Assembly: GCA_025360425.1 (NCBI GenBank)
Contig: JANYCD010000076.1
Coordinates: forward strand, 17,639 to 81,638
DNA from: Sterolibacteriaceae bacterium
Lineage (GTDB): Bacteria > Pseudomonadota > Gammaproteobacteria > Burkholderiales > Rhodocyclaceae
DNA: 64,000 bases
Reading direction: 5' to 3'
Below are positions 58,788-64,000 of the stretch, piece by piece. Numbering within the stretch: position 1 is the first letter of the stretch; every line of letters starts with the position of its first letter. A program made the translations under genes and the position numbers. Under the pieces are notes generated by a model that saw only the letters and a program-made list of their open reading frames with translations, made no database searches and was not told the DNA's origin.

Positions 58788-59954
58788 CTAGATCAGCGCC
58801 GCTGCCCGAAAGTGTTTGTTCGCTTCGTCGATCTTCTCAAGATACTCAAGCAGACTGGCCAGCTCAATATGGGCCGCACGCGAAGGGGCGATAGCCAGAG
58901 AGGCTTCAAGGTAACTTTGCGCCTTGCCCCATAGTTGCCGTTGCCGGCAGAGTCGACCCAGTGTCAGCAACAACGCCACGTCGCGCGGGTGTTTTTGCAA
59001 CCACACTTCGGCATGGGCGATGCGACCCAGGACATCCTCGCTGCCGCAGTAGGCATAAGAAGCCGCCAGCGTCGAGCTCCAGTATTCATCAAGTACATCT
59101 TCAATCAATCGGGCGGCGGCCGTGCCACTGTGCGCGCGGATCAGGGCTTGTGCTGCATCGTCGGCGAGGCTCGCGTCGAGCCTGTCCTTGCCAGCTGTGC
59201 GGGCAAGATATTGCTCCAGTGCGAGCCCATCTTCCTCCAGAGCTTTGAGATTCTCGCGATGAGCACGCATGCGCAACGGCGCTGACTGCTCTGCGGTCAT
59301 GGCTCGATGTTTTTCCAGTTGTTTTACCAGATGTAATACTTCGTGCCAGTTGCCCAACCCCTGTTGCATGCGCAACGATAGACGCAGGGCGGCAATGTGG
59401 CGCCCGCTTTCGTGGGCCAGTTGGTCAAGCAGGACTTTGGCTTGTCCAAAATCACGCGCGTCAACTGCGAAAGATGCTTCCATCATCAGACGTGCGTTAT
59501 GGATCTTGCCGTCATGTTCGACAGCGCGCTGTTGCCAGCGTTGCTGGCGATCTTCGTCACGCAGCGCCTTGGAGGCGCGAAGCGCCAAGAGTGCCGCAAG
59601 GCCCGGCGCATGTCCGTAGTTCCATGCATCTTCAGCCCGCTTCAACGCGTGGCCGTAGCGCCCTTCGATCAGCAACTGGATCGCCTCGCGCAGCGCGGCT
59701 TCGCCTTTTTTCCTCGCGCGCGCTTCACGAAACGCGCGGACCGATGCGGGCAGGTGAACCATCGCCGAAATCAGGCGCAAAATTGCGTAACAGACAGCGA
59801 ATGCTGCCACCAGCAACAACAGCAGCAAGTTGAGCGACAACTCCAGTCGCCAGGGCGGCAGTACCAGCAGGGCGTAGCCATCGTTGTAGCGTGCCGCCAG
59901 TGACAGACCCACCGCCAGTGCTGCCATTGTCAGAAGCCAGAGCAGTGCCCGCAT
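58788..59954 (-). CDS. hemY: HemY-like heme biosynthesis-associated TPR membrane protein
   Basis: 388 aa. Two N-terminal TM segments, HemY_N-like DGYALLVLPPWRLELSL, TPR-like C-terminus. Last gene of hemCDXY. Confidence 0.85.
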   Translation of the reverse strand: MRALLWLLTMAALAVGLSLAARYNDGYALLVLPPWRLELSLNLLLLLLVAAFAVCYAILRLISAMVHLPASVRAFREARARKKGEAALREAIQLLIEGRYGHALKRAEDAWNYGHAPGLAALLALRASKALRDEDRQQRWQQRAVEHDGKIHNARLMMEASFAVDARDFGQAKVLLDQLAHESGRHIAALRLSLRMQQGLGNWHEVLHLVKQLEKHRAMTAEQSAPLRMRAHRENLKALEEDGLALEQYLARTAGKDRLDASLADDAAQALIRAHSGTAAARLIEDVLDEYWSSTLAASYAYCGSEDVLGRIAHAEVWLQKHPRDVALLLTLGRLCRQRQLWGKAQSYLEASLAIAPSRAAHIELASLLEYLEKIDEANKHFRAAALI

Positions 59955-61003
59955 CAGTGACTGCCTCGTACTACCCTGAAATTACGCACCGCATTCAGTG
60001 TTTCACTCAACGCCGGTAGATCTTGCGCAACATCAAAACGGTCGAGTCCCTTGAGTGTCGTCAATGCTGATTGCACTTGCCGCGCCTGAGTATCGAAGTA
60101 TCGCTCAAGCCAGGTTTGCGCCTGATGCAGGTCTTCATGAAAACTGATGCCATCGCGGGCCAGCATGGAAAGCCGGGCATTGATCAGCCGCAGTTTGAGG
60201 TTTTCGCGCAGGAAAAATGTCTGGTCCGGCGCCAGCAATGCAGCATCCGGCTGGTCGACACGCTGGATGTGGATCAACTGACGCATCTCGTCCCATAAAT
60301 CCGTCGCTAGAGCTTTCCAGAATCCGGGCTCGACCATGGACTTCTTCATTGTGGTGGCCGCCGCAACTGTTTTTGGCCGGTGCTCGAAGGCCAGCGGCAA
60401 TATGTCGATGGACATGATCACTGATTCAAGCTTCAGTGTGACGCCGGTCAAATTGGATCCTGGCAATGCGCGGAGCTGATCGATATCACGTGATATCAGT
60501 TTGCGTAGCGGAACGAACTGTGGCTGTGCAGCCCGTGCCAGACGGCTGTCGGCTTCTTGCAGGGCAATCAGCGCAGCTTCGACATTTCCTGCCAACTGAA
60601 GTTGTTGAGCTGCAATGGTGAGCGATTGATCGATCTCGGCGAGCAAGCGCTCATCGCGACTGCGGGACAGTTCCTGATACATCGATTCGAGCGCGACCTG
60701 CTGGCTTTGGGCTTGTTCAAGACGTACCTCAAGCACGGCAACCTTGCTCTGCAAGGTAAGCAGCGATTCCTGACTTTGCTTCGCCAGCGCGCGCCCTTCC
60801 TTGGCAATGCTGTCGCCCTCGGCCAGCCGGTGTGCCATGTCTTCGCGAGCCTCATTCAACTCCAGGCGCGACTCAGTCCAGAAAGAGATCATCAGTGCCG
60901 TTGCGACGAGCGCAATCAAGACCGCGGGTTGGCGCAATGCTGTCAGGACTCGCCGCGACAACGAAGGCGAGGCGGACGATTCAGTGGGAGGGTTGGGGGT
61001 CAT
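59954..61003 (-). CDS. hemX: HemX-like membrane-anchored coiled-coil protein
   Basis: 349 aa. Single TM then a long coiled coil. Conserved position between hemD and hemY. Confidence 0.8.
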   Translation of the reverse strand: MTPNPPTESSASPSLSRRVLTALRQPAVLIALVATALMISFWTESRLELNEAREDMAHRLAEGDSIAKEGRALAKQSQESLLTLQSKVAVLEVRLEQAQSQQVALESMYQELSRSRDERLLAEIDQSLTIAAQQLQLAGNVEAALIALQEADSRLARAAQPQFVPLRKLISRDIDQLRALPGSNLTGVTLKLESVIMSIDILPLAFEHRPKTVAAATTMKKSMVEPGFWKALATDLWDEMRQLIHIQRVDQPDAALLAPDQTFFLRENLKLRLINARLSMLARDGISFHEDLHQAQTWLERYFDTQARQVQSALTTLKGLDRFDVAQDLPALSETLNAVRNFRVVRGSH

Positions 61004-61787
61004 GGGTTCGAAAGTGTTGCAGCAAACCGGAAATCAGGCCGTCGTCGCCTGGACCAGTCACGGCGACTTGGGCAAGACCCAATTCGTACGCACCTGCGGC
61101 GATCCGGGCGTGTGGGACAAACACGGGCGTCTTGCGCAGCCAGCTCTGACCAAGTTTTCCGATCATTTCATGAAAATTGCGTAACCCTTCGCTGCTGGTG
61201 AGCGTAATCGCGTCCAGTTGTCCGTTACTCCAAAGTCTCATCAGGGGGTCCACGTCGTGTTCCGGTTTTGCACGACGATAGCATTCCACATATTCGACTT
61301 TTGCGCCACGCGCGGTTAGCGAATCTCCGAGTAGTTCCCGGCCCCCATCGCCACGGAAAATCAAAACCTTTCTTCCTTGCATGTCCTGTAATTCGAAAAG
61401 TTCGAGCAGGGCTTCAGAATCGAAGCGATCCTTGGGTGCAAGGATATTTCCCAGTCCATAGCGGGTCAGCTCGGCCTCGCTGCTTTTGCCAATGGTTGCG
61501 ATCCTGGTTTTTTCGGGCCAGGCGCGCCGTGCCAGAATCTGATCAAGTGTCTTACAGACCGCATTGGGGCTGATGAATATCGCAAAATCGAACTCTTCAA
61601 GGCGGGTAGCCATGCCGAGCAATGGTTGCAGGTTTTCGACATCGAGAATGGCAAGGACCGGAAAAAGTACCGGTGTCGCGCCAAGCCGGGTCAGTGCCTC
61701 GGCCAGATGGGATGCCTGCCCGGCAGGGCGTGTGACAAGAATGTGGCGACCGCCAAGAGGTTGGTCCGCGACGACGGTCATGCTCAA
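60981..61787 (-). CDS. hemD: Uroporphyrinogen-III synthase
   Basis: 268 aa. [20 protein letters not shown] pattern. Lies between hemC and hemX. ATGA-type overlap with hemC. Confidence 0.85.
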   Translation of the reverse strand: MSMTVVADQPLGGRHILVTRPAGQASHLAEALTRLGATPVLFPVLAILDVENLQPLLGMATRLEEFDFAIFISPNAVCKTLDQILARRAWPEKTRIATIGKSSEAELTRYGLGNILAPKDRFDSEALLELFELQDMQGRKVLIFRGDGGRELLGDSLTARGAKVEYVECYRRAKPEHDVDPLMRLWSNGQLDAITLTSSEGLRNFHEMIGKLGQSWLRKTPVFVPHARIAAGAYELGLAQVAVTGPGDDGLISGLLQHFRTHDPQPSH

Positions 61788-62728
61788 TACTCCAGCGCAG
61801 CGAGGATGTCGTCGGCACCTTGCGCGCGTAATTCGGCCGCGAGGCGCAGCCCCATGGCTTCGGGATCGTCTGCGCTGGCACGCAATTGGGCGTGCGCCAT
61901 GCGCGTTCCGTCAGGGCTGGCGACAAAGCCGCGCAGCCAAAGGCCTTCGCTGCAAGGCTCGGCGTAGGCGCCGAGCGGAACCTCGCAACTGCCGGCCAAT
62001 GCACGTGATACGGCGCGTTCAGCGCGTATGCAGGCAGCACTGACTGCATCGTTGAGGGGCAACATCCACGCCGCGACTTCGGGCCTGCTGGATAGCGCCT
62101 CAATACCAAGCGCTCCCTGGCCCGCGGCCGGGAGGGATGCTTCCGCCGGCAGCAGGCTGCGTATCCTGTTCTTAAGCCCAAGGCGGGTAAGGCCGGCAGC
62201 CGCGAGAATGATGGCGTCGTATTCGCCGCCGTCGAGTTTGCGCAGGCGTGTATCGAGATTGCCGCGCAGGCTGGACACAGCCAAGTTTGGGTACCGCGCA
62301 TGCAATTGGGCTTCGCGGCGCAGGCTGGAAGTTCCAACGAGCGCGCCGGGCGACAATTCGTCAAGATTGGCGTAGTGGTTAGAGACAAAGGCGTCGAGAG
62401 GTGACTCGCGTGGGCCGATGGCGACGATGGCGAAGGCTTCCTCCAATCGCATCGGAACGTCTTTCATGGAGTGGACCGCGATGTCGGCACGTTGGTCGAG
62501 GAGGGCTGTTTCGAGTTCCTTGACGAACAGACCCTTGCCGCCGATCTTTGACAGCGGCTGGTCGAGTATCCGGTCGCCACGGGTGGTCATCCCGAGCAAT
62601 TCAACGCTGCAAGCCGGATAAGCGGAGCGCAGCAGTGAACGTACATGTTCGGCCTGCCACAGCGCCAACCGCGACTCGCGGGTGGCGATGACAATGCGTT
62701 GCGGGGTGGCTGAGGCCGGACTGTTCAT
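61784..62728 (-). CDS. hemC: Porphobilinogen deaminase (hydroxymethylbilane synthase)
   Basis: 314 aa. [38 protein letters not shown] motifs. Confidence 0.95.
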   Translation of the reverse strand: MNSPASATPQRIVIATRESRLALWQAEHVRSLLRSAYPACSVELLGMTTRGDRILDQPLSKIGGKGLFVKELETALLDQRADIAVHSMKDVPMRLEEAFAIVAIGPRESPLDAFVSNHYANLDELSPGALVGTSSLRREAQLHARYPNLAVSSLRGNLDTRLRKLDGGEYDAIILAAAGLTRLGLKNRIRSLLPAEASLPAAGQGALGIEALSSRPEVAAWMLPLNDAVSAACIRAERAVSRALAGSCEVPLGAYAEPCSEGLWLRGFVASPDGTRMAHAQLRASADDPEAMGLRLAAELRAQGADDILAALEY

Positions 62729-62741
62729 TATGGACAGCGGC

Positions 62742-63932
62742 TCAGGATAAGCTGACGCGTGCGAACTTGCGTTTGCCGACCTGAAGCACGACCGTAGTGC
62801 CGGCCTTGAGCATCAATCCTTTGTCACTGACTTTTTCGCCGTCAATGCGCACGCCGCCGCCATCGATCGCGCGCATGGCCTCGGAGGTGCTTGGTACAAG
62901 TCCCGCCTGCTTGAGCACCTGACAAATAGCGGCAACTGCCACCGTCAACTCGGGCATGGTCTCCGGCATTTCGCTGCGCTGGAAGCGGGCAATGAAGTTT
63001 TGCAGCGCTTCTTCGCCTGCCTTGGGGCCATTGTGAAAGCGGCTGACGATCTCTTTTGCGAGTTCGAATTTGATGTCGCGCGGGTTGGTCCCGTCCGCAA
63101 CTTGCTGCTTCATTGCCGCAATTTTGTCCGCAGGCTGGAACGACAACAGGTCAAAGTAGCGCCACATCAGCGTGTCGGAAACTGACATCAGCTTGCCGAA
63201 AATTTCGTCCGACGATTCGTTGATGCCAATGTAATTGCCCAGAGACTTCGACATTTTGTTGGCGCCGTCGAGTCCTTCCAGCAGCGGCATCATCAGAATG
63301 CACTGCGGCGTCTGACCATAGTGTTTCTGCAATTCCCGTCCCACCAGCAGATTGAATTTCTGGTCCGTACCGCCGAGTTCGACATCGGCCTTCATCGCAA
63401 CTGAGTCATAGCCCTGGCATAGCGGATACAGAAACTCGTGGATGGAAATGGGCTGGTTGCCGGCATAGCGCTTGGCGAAGTCATCACGCTCCAGCATGCG
63501 TGCCACCGTATGCAGCGACGCCAGCTTGATCATTCCTGCGGCGCCCATCGGTTCGAACCAGGTGGCGTTGAAGCAGATCTCGGTTTTGTCCGGATCGAGA
63601 ATCTTGAATACCTGGTCGCGGTAAGTCTGGGCATTCTCCAGAATCTGTTCGCGCGAAAGCGGTGGCCGGGTCGCATTCTTGCCGCTTGGATCGCCGATCA
63701 TGCCGGTAAAGTCCCCGATCAGGAACATCACGTGGTGCCCGAGCTCCTGGAAGTGACGCAGCTTGTTGATCAGTACCGTGTGGCCAAGATGCAGATCTGG
63801 CGCGGTAGGGTCGAATCCGGCCTTGATCCGCAAGGGTTTTCCGCCCTTGAGCTTTTCAACCAGTTCCGCCTCAATCAGCAGTTCGTTGGCGCCACGCTTG
63901 ATTAAAGCCAGTTGGGATTCGATGTCGCTCAT
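62742..63932 (-). CDS. tyrS: Tyrosine--tRNA ligase (type 2)
   Basis: 396 aa. HIGH-type motif PDLHLGH, KMSKS, C-terminal S4-like domain. Confidence 0.95.
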   Translation of the reverse strand: MSDIESQLALIKRGANELLIEAELVEKLKGGKPLRIKAGFDPTAPDLHLGHTVLINKLRHFQELGHHVMFLIGDFTGMIGDPSGKNATRPPLSREQILENAQTYRDQVFKILDPDKTEICFNATWFEPMGAAGMIKLASLHTVARMLERDDFAKRYAGNQPISIHEFLYPLCQGYDSVAMKADVELGGTDQKFNLLVGRELQKHYGQTPQCILMMPLLEGLDGANKMSKSLGNYIGINESSDEIFGKLMSVSDTLMWRYFDLLSFQPADKIAAMKQQVADGTNPRDIKFELAKEIVSRFHNGPKAGEEALQNFIARFQRSEMPETMPELTVAVAAICQVLKQAGLVPSTSEAMRAIDGGGVRIDGEKVSDKGLMLKAGTTVVLQVGKRKFARVSLS

Positions 63933-64000
63933 TGCAGATCAGTTTGAAGTTAAACCGGGTAAATTGGACCCCTGCGGGGTTTTTGTTAAACTGCCCAACC

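Noticed and set aside
63955-63990. Small hairpin GACCCC-TGC-GGGGTT plus a T-run upstream of tyrS
   Set aside because: The stem is only 5-6 bp. Its orientation fits a plus-strand terminator, but no plus-strand gene precedes it within the window. It is at the window edge and cannot be interpreted.

Overview
High-GC chromosomal segment. Gene content and synteny (def-fmt-htpX-rsmB-DUF4390-ntrYX; LysM-dprA-smg-topB; rph / kinase-phosphatase / yicC-gmk-rpoZ-spoT; hemCDXY) point to a betaproteobacterium; this is inference, not a search result. I call about 60 densely packed protein genes, many with 1-4 nt start/stop overlaps. In order: msbA 3' end plus a translationally coupled LPS-core cluster (2 GT1, 1 deacetylase, 2 GT9, 1 O-antigen-ligase::GT9 fusion); TAXI-ssb-MFS divergent from uvrA; the sulfate block cysB, cysA-cysW-cysT, 1-Cys peroxiredoxin, sbp; groESL; hypothetical-ROK kinase-DUF2889; priA; hemE; ntrX-ntrY-DUF4390-rsmB-htpX-fmt-def; LysM-dprA-smg-topB; thiSG; trmB; hemW-rdgB-rph; a lipoprotein-PP2C-Ser/Thr kinase operon; yicC-gmk-rpoZ-spoT-DUF3460; a four-gene accessory-looking block (periplasmic CXXCH/beta-propeller protein divergent from two luciferase-like monooxygenases and a cupin dioxygenase); hemYXDC; tyrS. 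I recognised no rRNA, tRNA, CRISPR array, transposase, integrase or phage gene. Regulatory sites I can support by eye are a perfect CIRCE operator abutting a sigma32-type promoter upstream of groES, a sigma32-type promoter upstream of htpX, several rho-independent terminators, and a cluster of DnaA-box-like 9-mers in an AT-rich spacer upstream of priA. Most worth a second look: the accessory block at 53.5-58.8 kb with its long repeat-bearing control region, the WaaL-like::GT9 fusion, the orphan double-anchored TAXI protein in an operon with ssb, the DnaA-box cluster, and an NtrX-like regulator with a degenerate AAA+ core. No classic defence or mobile system is evident. Everything rests on motif recognition and hand-counted coordinates; no searches or computations were run.
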